Of a stretch of DNA of 64,000 nucleotides, positions 37,424 to 46,854 are shown piece after piece (positions within the stretch are counted from its first letter, which is position 1; every line of letters starts with the position of its first letter). A model generated the notes under the pieces. The model saw only the letters and a program-made list of their open reading frames with translations, was not told the origin of the DNA and did no database searches. The stretch covers positions 1,420,000 to 1,483,999 of the forward strand of contig OZ242021.1 of assembly GCA_965204925.1 (NCBI GenBank). Direction: 5' to 3'. The position numbers and the translations under genes were made by a program. The DNA comes from Candidatus Poriferihabitaceae bacterium. Lineage in GTDB: Bacteria; Pseudomonadota; Gammaproteobacteria; Arenicellales; Poriferihabitantaceae.

Positions 37424-40400
37424 TCCTTTCGCCCATTCTCTGTGGAATGATCCGTCACCACTGCCTTGAGGTAATGGGCACTCAGTTCAGCCAGTGCAGC
37501 AAGGATTATATTACGTCGCTTTTCACCACTACAGTTGAGCGCTTCTCCCACTTTTTTGATCAACGCATCCACTTCCACCCATTCCAGATCAGTAATGGTA
37601 AATTCATCATGAACGGGGGTCGGTCGGCCATCCATACCAACCACCACTGCCATGGCGTGTCGTTTGTCAGGCCGTCCTTTTACACGTGCATATGTTTCAG
37701 CGCGGATGAATTTCTGCGCCAAATCGACAAGTCCCACCGTTGTCCGGTCAAGATCAGGGTCAATCCAGTGACGGGGCGGCTTGCTTGCTGCCAGACTGGC
37801 AATGGACTCGAAACAGGCGTCGCTATCATTGAACTGTGCAAGCCTGCCAATAAAAGCCTCAAGCCTGAAGTCTCCGGCAATTTGCCGGACATTTTCGGCA
37901 CGGTCACGTAATTCCGTCAAGGATTTTGGAGAAGTATTGGGCACTTGCAACTCTGCAAGCATGGCATCGCGCAACCGATGAAGCATTGAGGGATAGGCGT
38001 GAACCAATTCCTCAAGACCCTCGCGAACATTTCTTACAATATTGCAAATGGCGCCCTCACTGATAAAGGTAATATCCTCGCCAAGAATTCCGGGGACATC
38101 GTCGAACAGGAACTTGTTCGGATCCCGCGCACGCTTGAACATATCACGGATACTTACCGCGTTTGTAGACAACCGCATGGTCCGTTTGGTCCATGACGGC
38201 AGCCCTTCATAGATCGCCACGAGACCACGAGCCACATCAATAGGTTCCAGGAGAACAAGCCGGTTAGCGTCATCCAGATCACGCACGATTGCTGCCATGT
38301 CTGATAAAAGTCGGCGTGATATATCGGTCAAGTCCATCCACCTCAATTGAATGGAGTCTGCATCCTTTGCCAGATAATCAACATCTACATCGTCAAACCG
38401 GGCTTTGAACACGCCTTCCCGGTAAATAGCCAATTTATCACGTTGGGACAATATAAATGCTACAACGAGAATCGTCATCAAACCATCCTTGACACCGAAA
38501 GGTGGTTTACGCCAGAGATCAAAAAGCGCAGAAACAGCAACAGTCCGACTGGCTTTTTCTTTTACGAATTCAAGTGCAGCCTCCCACAAAGGGAATAAAT
38601 AGCAGGGGTCGGAGTCCTTCCCCGGGGGGCTGAATTGCCAACCTTCGTTGTTCTGTCTGTAAAGTTTGGACTGTTCCAGTATTGAGGAAAACAATCCACC
38701 TTCCGCCGGGAATCCTGTAATTCCAAGTCTCGGTTCCCCTTCTCTCAAAACCATCTGCCGCAATAAAATATTTTGTGCCGCAATGGCGCTTCCCGACGGT
38801 TTCTGTCGATTCAACAATTCGTTATGCAGGCGCGGGCATTGATCAAAACGACGCCCCGCCAATTCGGATGCAGTATTATTCAAACCGGCCTGTCGAAGGT
38901 GTCTGGCTGTACGATTTTTGTCAAACCATAACGCATTATCCAAAGTTTTGTGCAATTCAACTTCAAGCAGAGACTGCACATCCGCAAGACGCGCCGAAAC
39001 CTCCCGTCTCGCCACAGAATCACCAGCCAATTCTGGATGTCGGCTACTTACCAATTCCAAGGCGAGCAACTCACGGGCTAATGGAATAATAGCCCGCGAC
39101 GCTTTCGACATACCAACCACGCTATCCCGGGGCCCGCTGTAACTTGCCGCTTCACAGCAAAGTTTTTTTATTTCCTCCTCACTTTCACTTGCGGTCGGTA
39201 TTGCGAGCAAAAATTGACCCATTGCGCTGTTTCCAGGCTGGAAACGCCTGACCGAATCAACAAGAGTGTTAACCGGCACAATATGCACCTCAAACCATCG
39301 AAACGCCCCGGTCTCATGATAGTGATACTTGGCAACAATGGGTTGGATACCCGCAAGCGATTCGAGTGCATTAAAATCAATCTCACCTACTTCTTCGAAC
39401 GCCAGTCGTGTGGCCTGATCAATATCGAAATCACTCCCGGCAAAAATAGTATGAGCTTCAAGGAATTTCTTGAAGATCGTGAATGACCACTTATCCAGTT
39501 GGGACAGGGCTCCCTGGAGTTTACGGGAGGATATTTCAGGGAAACAGGTTTTTAGCAATTCGAAACTCGCAGCAAGCCCTGAACGTTCCTTGAATAAATC
39601 CATGACAGCAATGGTTTTCAATAGTTTGACATGAAGTTCATCACCACCCAAAGACTCACATCGTTCAAGCGCCTCGGCCGCCAAAGCCCAACGATGTCCG
39701 TCCGGTGATGCCAGGATGGATGGTTCCAGGTTGGCGCGAAGATAATCCCACAGCATATCCGGGCTATACAATTCATTCTCTTTGGCACGCTTTAGAAAAT
39801 CCTGAAACCCATACAGCTCCGACGAGTTCAGAAAACCGAATATGCTACGCTGGTTCTGTCCGAAGCGCCGCCGGGAAATGGGGCCCAGCAAGAAAGCAAC
39901 GACCGGGTGCAACGGCCAGCAGGCAGCGAGCATTGAAACCAGCCTCGTGGCATCCTCACAAATCCGGTCACGCCGGGCGAGCCTTACAACCGAAAACGCA
40001 AGAGTGTCCTGCTTTTTCGTAGTATGGTCGCTCTCTATTGCATGGGAAATCAGGCAGATTTGTTCTTGACCTGATGTGTCCACAACAAGGTCGATGAATC
40101 GACCCTGTATCTTCACCCATTCATTTCGCATTTCATACGGGAGTCGATGCGCGTATCCATCAAATGTTTGATGCAGCACGCCGACAATCAGGAATCGCCC
40201 CTTACTGCGTGAGGCCAGTTCCGCGAGTTGCTGCAGGATGTATATATCCGAGCCGCTCTGAGCCGCGGCTTCGAGAAACTTGCCCATCTCGTCAATGAAG
40301 AGAACCAGTCCGCCGTGGGTCTTCGGTTTACACGCGGCGGCATCAGTAAGCGCCGCTATCAGGTTGCTCTCGGTCCAACCGCCGCGCGGCCTGCGCGGCA

Positions 40401-40809
40401 CAATCCCGTTTTGTCTGGCGGCCTCACCGATGACGGTGACGGGATTTTCCCGCCTGCCGACTACAGGAAGGGTACGCCACCCTTTGGGACCCGTCGGTAA
40501 AAGTTCCCGGATCCTGTTTGTCAGGTTCTGTCCAAATACTTTCGCCGCCCGCTTCTGCAATCCAGAGTCACCACTCAACAACGCAGCAAGCGCAACAGCC
40601 AAACTGGATTTACCGCTACCATAGGGGCCAGTCCAGGTGAACGCACTCTGTCCGGTCTCGGACACATGCCGCGCCATGGTTACCAGAACTTCCGCCGACG
40701 ATTGCGGGCAGACAAAGCCATCAAGTGCATGGATGCTCCCGAGGTCGGCGTCTATGCGGACCGATCTCAGAAAACGGCGAGCTATGCGGACCCGGTCTTT
40801 CAAAAACAT
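37399..40809 (-). CDS. sspC: SspC, large P-loop ATPase
   Basis: Walker A GPYGSGKSS and Walker B LVLFIDEMGK. About 1136 aa from the ATG at 40809. That ATG overlaps the sspB stop (TGATG) and is preceded by GAGGAGGAGG. Located between DUF4007 and PAPS-reductase genes, as in sspBCD. Confidence 0.75.
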   Translation of the reverse strand: MFLKDRVRIARRFLRSVRIDADLGSIHALDGFVCPQSSAEVLVTMARHVSETGQSAFTWTGPYGSGKSSLAVALAALLSGDSGLQKRAAKVFGQNLTNRIRELLPTGPKGWRTLPVVGRRENPVTVIGEAARQNGIVPRRPRGGWTESNLIAALTDAAACKPKTHGGLVLFIDEMGKFLEAAAQSGSDIYILQQLAELASRSKGRFLIVGVLHQTFDGYAHRLPYEMRNEWVKIQGRFIDLVVDTSGQEQICLISHAIESDHTTKKQDTLAFSVVRLARRDRICEDATRLVSMLAACWPLHPVVAFLLGPISRRRFGQNQRSIFGFLNSSELYGFQDFLKRAKENELYSPDMLWDYLRANLEPSILASPDGHRWALAAEALERCESLGGDELHVKLLKTIAVMDLFKERSGLAASFELLKTCFPEISSRKLQGALSQLDKWSFTIFKKFLEAHTIFAGSDFDIDQATRLAFEEVGEIDFNALESLAGIQPIVAKYHYHETGAFRWFEVHIVPVNTLVDSVRRFQPGNSAMGQFLLAIPTASESEEEIKKLCCEAASYSGPRDSVVGMSKASRAIIPLARELLALELVSSRHPELAGDSVARREVSARLADVQSLLEVELHKTLDNALWFDKNRTARHLRQAGLNNTASELAGRRFDQCPRLHNELLNRQKPSGSAIAAQNILLRQMVLREGEPRLGITGFPAEGGLFSSILEQSKLYRQNNEGWQFSPPGKDSDPCYLFPLWEAALEFVKEKASRTVAVSALFDLWRKPPFGVKDGLMTILVVAFILSQRDKLAIYREGVFKARFDDVDVDYLAKDADSIQLRWMDLTDISRRLLSDMAAIVRDLDDANRLVLLEPIDVARGLVAIYEGLPSWTKRTMRLSTNAVSIRDMFKRARDPNKFLFDDVPGILGEDITFISEGAICNIVRNVREGLEELVHAYPSMLHRLRDAMLAELQVPNTSPKSLTELRDRAENVRQIAGDFRLEAFIGRLAQFNDSDACFESIASLAASKPPRHWIDPDLDRTTVGLVDLAQKFIRAETYARVKGRPDKRHAMAVVVGMDGRPTPVHDEFTITDLEWVEVDALIKKVGEALNCSGEKRRNIILAALAELSAHYLKAVVTDHSTENGRKEWRASRSW

Positions 40810-41771
40810 CAGGCAGCCTCCTCCTCTTCGACAGGCGAAGCATAGTCGCACCGCAACCAGGAAGAAAACTTCTCTTCACAAATATCAATGTTGCGGATGA
40901 CCTGTTTGAGTCCGGCAGTTTCCGACCACCGGAGTGCGCCACTCGTAACATCATCAAGTACAGCAAGGCGGTCAACTACATCGTTCTCGTCGAATTGGAA
41001 CACGCGCCCCGGACTTCCCGGCGCATAGGCTATGGCTTCGAACGACAATGTAGTGCTGTCAGAATAAAAACGAGTCCAGAAATCAATGAGGGCGTAGACA
41101 AAAACACCTTCCCCCAAGGTCGATTTCGGGCCGCGCACAAAACGGAAACCATCGTTTTTTCCTACGGCCTTGACGAGCCCCAATTCGGTCAATGGCGACT
41201 CCGGAGCGTCATCATGCCCGGTCTTTCCGAACGGTTGCCGTGCAGCATAGGTGCGAATGAAACAAGCGACATCATTCTTGAGTGTGGTTTGCGCCACGTG
41301 TGGCCACCCGTGTTCACTCGCAAGACGACCAAGCTTCCTGATCAGGCCGTCGCGCTCAAAGGTAATGGCAGGATAGTGACTGAATGCCCAGAACCATGTC
41401 GTCCGTTCAGGGTACGCCGCAAATTGCCAATGCAACAGCCACAAAGTAGCCGGAAACTCCATCCACGGATCAAGGCCGTTTGAACCGAAAAGCATCCGGC
41501 CAAACTCGGTTGTTTCAACCTTATTGAGGACAGGCTCCCGGATAATGTGCGCCGCCTTCGCCCAATACCGTATTGAGCCTACCATATTTTTCCCGACACC
41601 GAATCGGGCTATGGCATCTTCTCCCCAACACAGGGATTTATTATCGGACTCGTTCTCGGTTTCCGCAACCCGATCAAATGCTTTTTTCAGCCAGCCGTAG
41701 CGTAGCGGGAATGTCTCATGACCCGAGAAATGCGGACGATAGTTTGGCTCATAAAGCGACCTGTATGGCAT
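40809..41771 (-). CDS. sspB: SspB, DUF4007-family protein (PT-system nickase)
   Basis: N-terminal FSGHETFPLRYGWLKKAF matches the DUF4007 signature. Start set at Met22 (41771), preceded by AGGAAG. The longest ORF starts at 41834 without an RBS. Confidence 0.75.
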   Translation of the reverse strand: MPYRSLYEPNYRPHFSGHETFPLRYGWLKKAFDRVAETENESDNKSLCWGEDAIARFGVGKNMVGSIRYWAKAAHIIREPVLNKVETTEFGRMLFGSNGLDPWMEFPATLWLLHWQFAAYPERTTWFWAFSHYPAITFERDGLIRKLGRLASEHGWPHVAQTTLKNDVACFIRTYAARQPFGKTGHDDAPESPLTELGLVKAVGKNDGFRFVRGPKSTLGEGVFVYALIDFWTRFYSDSTTLSFEAIAYAPGSPGRVFQFDENDVVDRLAVLDDVTSGALRWSETAGLKQVIRNIDICEEKFSSWLRCDYASPVEEEEAA

Positions 41772-41951
41772 CTCGGACTTCCTGTATGACAAAAGCTTAT
41801 GTTTATTCCTGGATGACTCATCCAGCGCCCTCATAGTAATGTACAGAATATGCTATAGTCAAACCGGTATAAGGCGTTCTGCTTCTCGAACTCTGATTAG
41901 TAAGTCCGTACATGTCAAACTTGGAGTCTCTTCTTCTATCTAATTGAATTA

Positions 41952-43142
41952 ATGAGAGTTTCTGAAACTATTTACCTTGACTATCAAGCGACGACTCCGG
42001 TCAATCAGCACGTTTTGGACAGGATGCTACCGTATTTTAGAGAATTATTCGGTAATCCGCACTCTGCCCATAGTCCCGGCTGGGAAAGCTCGCTTGCCGT
42101 AGAACAGGCGACAGCGCAAATTGCCAGTTTGATCGGGGCTGATCCCGATGAGATTATTTTCACGTCAGGAGCCACCGAGGCAAATAACATGGCATTGCTG
42201 GGTCTTGCCAGACACACGCATCCTGAAAGCAAGAGAAGGCGGTTTATATTCAGCGAAATTGAACATAAGTGTGTTCTTGCAGTCGGGCATGTGCTTTGCG
42301 GTCAGTTTGGCTTCCAGGTAGACCGGCTTCCTGTTGACAAACAGGGTCGCGTTATACTGACGCAGCTGCAAGAGGCTTTGGATGAAGATGTGCTCGCCGT
42401 ATCCATTATGTTAGTCAATAACGAAATTGGAACGATACAGGACATTAAACAAATTTCTGAAGCAATCAGAAAATCGGGCGCAATATTTCATTGCGACGCC
42501 GCACAAGCGCCTGCTTCGATGGATTTACGAGGGATTGCTGAGGATGTGGATATTTTGAGCCTTTCCGCGCACAAAATGTACGGCCCAAAAGGTATTGGCA
42601 CACTCTATATACGCCGTGAGTTACAGGACCACATAGAGCCGCTCATCTATGGCGGCGGGCAACAAAAAGCCTTGCGATCAGGTACTGTGCCTACTCCTTT
42701 GTGTGTCGGCATGGGTGTCGCAGCCGAGCTTATGAGCGATCAGGAAATTGAGCAAAAACGCACATTCCTGCGCAATCGTAGGGATTATTTTATTGAACAA
42801 TTAACCGGCTTGCCGTGGCCAGCCCTGTTGAATGGTTGCATCGGGGAAAACCGTCATCCCGGCAATATCAACATCTGTTTCAGTGGGTTTTCGGCGGATG
42901 ATATTCTGATGGCTCTGCAACCCCGCCTTGCCGCTTCGACCGGGTCTGCATGTACATCCGGAATCACTGAACCCTCTCATGTTCTCAAAGCTATCGGCTT
43001 GACCCACGAAGACGCTACGGCATCCATACGGTTCAGCCTTGGCTTCGAAACAAGCGATCAGGATATTGATGAAGCCGTGAACCTGATGAAAACGGCGCTG
43101 GGCAGGCTTTCAAATACCAGGTACAGGCTGGCCAGCAAATAG
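41952..43142 (+). CDS. sspA: Cysteine desulfurase (NifS/IscS class; SspA/DndA role)
   Basis: PLP-lysine motif SLSAHKMYGPKG and catalytic Cys STGSACTSG. Divergent from sspB, with intermediate GC. Confidence 0.8.
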   Translation: MRVSETIYLDYQATTPVNQHVLDRMLPYFRELFGNPHSAHSPGWESSLAVEQATAQIASLIGADPDEIIFTSGATEANNMALLGLARHTHPESKRRRFIFSEIEHKCVLAVGHVLCGQFGFQVDRLPVDKQGRVILTQLQEALDEDVLAVSIMLVNNEIGTIQDIKQISEAIRKSGAIFHCDAAQAPASMDLRGIAEDVDILSLSAHKMYGPKGIGTLYIRRELQDHIEPLIYGGGQQKALRSGTVPTPLCVGMGVAAELMSDQEIEQKRTFLRNRRDYFIEQLTGLPWPALLNGCIGENRHPGNINICFSGFSADDILMALQPRLAASTGSACTSGITEPSHVLKAIGLTHEDATASIRFSLGFETSDQDIDEAVNLMKTALGRLSNTRYRLASK

Positions 43143-43361
43143 ACAGAGCAGAGCTTTTCGACATTTGAGAGCGTTTACAGCCGAGACGGATCAACAAGTC
43201 TGCTGCCGAGGTAACCGAAAAAATCAGTCAGAATAAAAAATCCGAACGGCCCGTTTTTCCTGTATCGGATATTCATTCATGTGGTGGCCAGACGAGATTC
43301 CGGCGGTATTCTGATTTCATACATGGGGAGAGAAAACGACACTATATTCGGTTTCGGGCGC

Positions 43362-43991
43362 TCAGTCTCGCAACTGCCCCCCGTACAAACCAACATATTT
43401 TTCATGCAGGCGGCGCACCTGATTTTCCAGTTCAGGGAGTGTGCCGTCATTGTCGATTATATCGTCTGCATATTCAACGCGGGTCTGTTCATCGGCCTGG
43501 GCTGCCAGTATCCGATCAATCGTCCCGATACTCATTTCCCTGTCGGCGAGCAGGCGCCGCGTTTTTGTTTTGCGTTTGCAGGTGACAGTGATTACGCGGT
43601 CCATGTCCCGATACTGGCCGGTTTCAATGAGTAGCGGGATTTCGAGAATACAGTAACCGTATACGGACGGGCTGATTTTCCGGTGCATTTTCTCTCTGAC
43701 CGGCGGGTGCAGGATCGATTCGAGCAAAGCGCGTTTTTGCGAATCGGAAAAAATAATGTCTCCAAGCCGGGCGCGGTCGAGGTTTCCATGCGGGTCGATC
43801 ACCCGGTTTCCGAAGTGGTCGATAATGCGGTCAAATTCCGTGCAGCCCGGCCGGGTCAGTTGGCGGGCGATCCGGTCCGCGTCAATAATCTGGATGCCGA
43901 ATCCCGCGAATATTGCGGCGACCGTTGATTTGCCGCTGCCCAGACTGCCGGTCAATCCGATTCTCGCGGTTTTCAAGGATGCGGAACCCAC
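43362..43991 (-). CDS. coaE: Dephospho-CoA kinase
   Basis: IGLTGSLGSGKST P-loop. 209 aa. Conserved pilD-coaE order. Confidence 0.9.
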   Translation of the reverse strand: MGSASLKTARIGLTGSLGSGKSTVAAIFAGFGIQIIDADRIARQLTRPGCTEFDRIIDHFGNRVIDPHGNLDRARLGDIIFSDSQKRALLESILHPPVREKMHRKISPSVYGYCILEIPLLIETGQYRDMDRVITVTCKRKTKTRRLLADREMSIGTIDRILAAQADEQTRVEYADDIIDNDGTLPELENQVRRLHEKYVGLYGGQLRD

Positions 43992-44779
43992 AGGTGGTTT
44001 TTGAGGGCGTCGTCACTGCCGATCATCATGATCCATGCGGCCAGGGCGAGCCAGGGACCAAAAGGAAGCGGAGTGTTTGCGCTGTGTTTGTGAATCACCA
44101 TGCAAGTCGCGGACGCCAGTAGCCCGCCAACAGAGGAGATCAGGATAACGGCAGGCAGCATTTGCCAGCCCAGCCAGGCGCCGATAGCGGCGAGCAGTTT
44201 GAAATCTCCATGCCCCATGCCCTGCTTTCCTGTCAAATAATGGTGGACGTGGCAAATCACCCATGGTGCGAGGTAGCCGGCAACGGCGCCCAGTACGGCC
44301 GATTGCAAGTCGGCAAACAGGGCGGTGCAGTTGATGAGCAGCCCGCTCCACAGCAGTGGAAACACAATGAGGTCGGGCAGAAGCTGATGGTCGAGGTCGA
44401 TCAGGCTCAAGGCGACCAGCGCGTAACTGAATATCAGCGATGCGGTCAGCTGCCAGCCAGGGCCGAAAACGATGCCATTGGTCAGGCAGAGCAGCGCCGT
44501 GGCAATCTCGACAACAGGATAGCGTATCGAAATCGCGCTGTGGCAATAACCGCATCTGCCAGCCAGAAAGGCATAACTGATTATCGGGATATTGTGATAT
44601 GGGCGCAGAGGTATCAAACAGTTACGGCAGCGGGAGCCGGGACGGAGCAGGGCGCCGAAAAGCCGGCCGGATTGGCCGGGGACCGCCGGGTATCGCAACG
44701 CCGCTACATTGATGAAGCTTCCCATACAGGCGCCGAGTACGAACAATGCCGTAAGCCATGTTGTCGGAGAAAGACTCAA
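43973..44779 (-). CDS. pilD: Prepilin peptidase / N-methyltransferase (A24 family)
   Basis: Zn-binding CRNC...CGYC, IRYPVVEIATALL and GHGDFKLLAAIGAWLGW. Polytopic membrane protein. Confidence 0.88.
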   Translation of the reverse strand: MSLSPTTWLTALFVLGACMGSFINVAALRYPAVPGQSGRLFGALLRPGSRCRNCLIPLRPYHNIPIISYAFLAGRCGYCHSAISIRYPVVEIATALLCLTNGIVFGPGWQLTASLIFSYALVALSLIDLDHQLLPDLIVFPLLWSGLLINCTALFADLQSAVLGAVAGYLAPWVICHVHHYLTGKQGMGHGDFKLLAAIGAWLGWQMLPAVILISSVGGLLASATCMVIHKHSANTPLPFGPWLALAAWIMMIGSDDALKNHLWVPHP

Positions 44780-44812
44780 GGCGAGGTTGATATTTCGTGT
44801 ATTGCACTATCG

Positions 44813-44843
44813 GTAATAACCGAGTAAAATACTTGGTTATTAC
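44813..44843. promoter_or_regulatory. IscR (Rrf2) type-1-like palindromic operator
   Basis: GTAATAACCGAGTAAAATACTTGGTTATTAC is a 31-bp near-perfect palindrome (13 of 15 arm positions pair). It lies 33 nt upstream of the iscR ATG. The central 25 nt match my recollection of the type-1 consensus ATASYYGACTRWWWYAGTCRRSTAT at about 20/25 positions. Confidence 0.6.
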
Positions 44844-44875
44844 TCATTGGCAATTCGTCTTGCTGAGCTGTCACG

Positions 44876-45358
44876 ATGCGGCTGACTACAAAAGGGAGAT
44901 ACGCAGTTACTGCGATGGTTGATCTCTCGATCAATCAGGTCAGGGGACCTGTTACCCTGAAAAGTATATCAGACAATCAGGGAATCTCACTGCCTTATCT
45001 TGAGCAGTTGTTTTCCAGGCTGCGCAAGTCTTCACTGGTAGTCGGATGCCGCGGTCCCGGTGGCGGATATGTGTTGGCGAAGCATGTGGATGAAATCAAT
45101 ATTGCGGAAATTGTGCTTTCTGTCGATGAAACACTGGACATCACGGAATGCGAAGGCAAGCAGGATTGCAAGGCCGGACAAAGATGCTTGACCCATGGAT
45201 TGTGGGATGAACTAAGCGCCCAGCTGTACGGGTTCCTGTCCGCTATCAAGCTGGGGCAGTTGATGCGCCAGAGTGGAATCAACAACCCCGGTGTCACCGG
45301 TAATCAGCGACTGGTTGATTCGCCGTCACCGGGAAAACGAGGTAACGAAGTAAACTGA
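44876..45358 (+). CDS. iscR: Rrf2-family Fe-S cluster regulator (IscR-type)
   Basis: [17 protein letters not shown] wHTH and a three-Cys ligand cluster [13 protein letters not shown]. It precedes sufBCD. Confidence 0.85.
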   Translation: MRLTTKGRYAVTAMVDLSINQVRGPVTLKSISDNQGISLPYLEQLFSRLRKSSLVVGCRGPGGGYVLAKHVDEINIAEIVLSVDETLDITECEGKQDCKAGQRCLTHGLWDELSAQLYGFLSAIKLGQLMRQSGINNPGVTGNQRLVDSPSPGKRGNEVN

Positions 45359-45360
45359 TC

Positions 45361-46812
45361 ATGCCCGCAACAGAAAAAGACCTGACGAGCCTTGTTCAAC
45401 GCGAATACACAGAAGGTTTCGTCACCGAAATTGAAGCCGATACACTACCCCCCGGTCTGAACGAAGAGGTCATTCGAACGATCTCGGCAAAAAAAGGGGA
45501 GCCCGATTTTTTGCTGCAGTGGCGGTTGCAAGCGTGGCGGCGCTGGCTGGAAATGGAAGAGCCGCGGTGGTCTCATGTCCATTACCCGCCGATTGATTTC
45601 CAGAAGATCAGCTATTTTTCGGCGCCGAAACAGAAGAAATTGCTGGATAGTCTGGATGAGGTGGATCCGAAGCTGCTGGAGACTTACGAGAAACTCGGAA
45701 TTCCGATAGAGGAGCAGAAGATGCTGGCTGGAGTCAAGGTTGCCGTTGACGCCGTTTTTGACAGTGTGTCCGTAGCCACGACGTTCAAAAAGACCCTGGC
45801 TGAAGCCGGTGTCATCTTCTGTCCGTTGTCGGAAGCGCTCCAGGAGTGTCCCGATCTGGTCAGGCAATATCTCGGCTCTGTGGTGCCGGCCGGCGACAAT
45901 TATTATGCGGCTCTCAATTCTGCTGTATTCAGCGAAGGCTCATTCGTCTATATCCCGAAGGGCGTGCGTTGTCCGATGGAACTGTCCACTTATTTTCGCA
46001 TCAACGCCATGAATACGGGTCAATTTGAAAGAACCCTGATTGTTGCCGATGAAGACAGCTATGTCAGTTATTTGGAAGGGTGCACCGCGCCGCAACGGGA
46101 CGAAAATCAGCTGCACGCCGCCGTCGTTGAACTAGTTGCCATGAAGGGGGCGGAAATCAAGTATTCCACCGTACAGAACTGGTATCCGGGAGATGAGCAA
46201 GGCAAGGGCGGGATTTATAATTTCGTGACCAAGCGCGGTGCCTGCCGCGGGGAGAACTCGAAGATATCGTGGACCCAGGTCGAGACCGGGTCGGCTATTA
46301 CCTGGAAGTATCCAAGTGTGCTGCTGGAAGGCGACAATTCCATCGGGGAGTTCTACTCGGTCGCTCTGACCAATAATTATCAACAAGCCGATACCGGCAC
46401 AAAAATGGTGCATATCGGGAAAAATTCCAGTAGCACCATTGTGTCCAAGGGGATTTCCGCCGGTCATGGGCAAAATTCATATCGGGGTTTGGTGAAAGTC
46501 CTGAAAACAGCGGAGAATGCCCGCAACTACTCACAGTGTGATTCCCTGTTGATGGGAGACCAGTGCGGCGCTCATACCTTTCCCTACATTGAAGTCAAAA
46601 ACCCCGGCGCAGTGGTGGAACATGAAGCCACGACTTCGCGAATCGGGGAAGATCAGTTGTTCTATTGCCGCCAGCGGGGCGTATCGGAAGAGGACGCGGT
46701 CTCGATCATTGTCAACGGGTTTTGCAAGGAGGTATTCCGGGAACTGCCAATGGAGTTCGCAGTGGAAGCGCAAAAGTTGCTGGGTATCAGTCTCGAGGGG
46801 GCCGTTGGTTAG
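45361..46812 (+). CDS. sufB: Fe-S cluster assembly scaffold SufB
   Basis: 483 aa. Beta-helix region includes [13 protein letters not shown] and [19 protein letters not shown]. Order is sufB-sufC-sufD. Confidence 0.93.
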   Translation: MPATEKDLTSLVQREYTEGFVTEIEADTLPPGLNEEVIRTISAKKGEPDFLLQWRLQAWRRWLEMEEPRWSHVHYPPIDFQKISYFSAPKQKKLLDSLDEVDPKLLETYEKLGIPIEEQKMLAGVKVAVDAVFDSVSVATTFKKTLAEAGVIFCPLSEALQECPDLVRQYLGSVVPAGDNYYAALNSAVFSEGSFVYIPKGVRCPMELSTYFRINAMNTGQFERTLIVADEDSYVSYLEGCTAPQRDENQLHAAVVELVAMKGAEIKYSTVQNWYPGDEQGKGGIYNFVTKRGACRGENSKISWTQVETGSAITWKYPSVLLEGDNSIGEFYSVALTNNYQQADTGTKMVHIGKNSSSTIVSKGISAGHGQNSYRGLVKVLKTAENARNYSQCDSLLMGDQCGAHTFPYIEVKNPGAVVEHEATTSRIGEDQLFYCRQRGVSEEDAVSIIVNGFCKEVFRELPMEFAVEAQKLLGISLEGAVG

Positions 46813-46854
46813 CGGTAAACGGTTGCAGGATAAATATATTGAAAAGTCGGAGCG

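Larger units (their letters stand above)
29357..43361. other. AT-rich genomic (defence) island between mutT and coaE
   Basis: Sampled 60-nt lines give 23/60 GC at 30001, 25/60 at 34801 and 31/60 at 39001. Flanking core genes give 41/60 at 10081 and 30/60 at 49981. The content is exclusively DNA-phosphorothioation and restriction-like genes. No integrase, tRNA or convincing flanking direct repeat was seen. Confidence 0.7.

Noticed and set aside
40725-41483. 252-aa plus-strand ORF.
   Set aside because: It is antisense to sspB/sspC, whose own frames carry the DUF4007 signature and coupled junction. It has no motif.
41858-41920. GTCAAAC repeated 56 bp apart, and GTACA motifs, in the sspB/sspA divergent promoter region.
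   Set aside because: 7-mer recurrence in a 180-bp AT-rich spacer is compatible with chance. There is no palindromic or phased structure.
29357-43361. Possible island-flanking direct repeats: 9-mer taaccgaaa near 29655 and 43211, and 8-mer tcggtttc near 29634 and 43349.
   Set aside because: They are too short to distinguish from chance in AT-rich spacers. They are not positioned symmetrically at the composition breaks.
43143-43361. Searched for a yacG- or zapD-like small gene downstream of coaE, as in many proteobacteria.
   Set aside because: The minus strand gives only a 15-codon ORF with no CxxC zinc-ribbon motif. Nothing supportable was found.
43281-43634. 117-aa plus-strand ORF downstream of sspA.
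   Set aside because: It is mostly antisense to coaE (P-loop supported). It has an alternative start and no motif.
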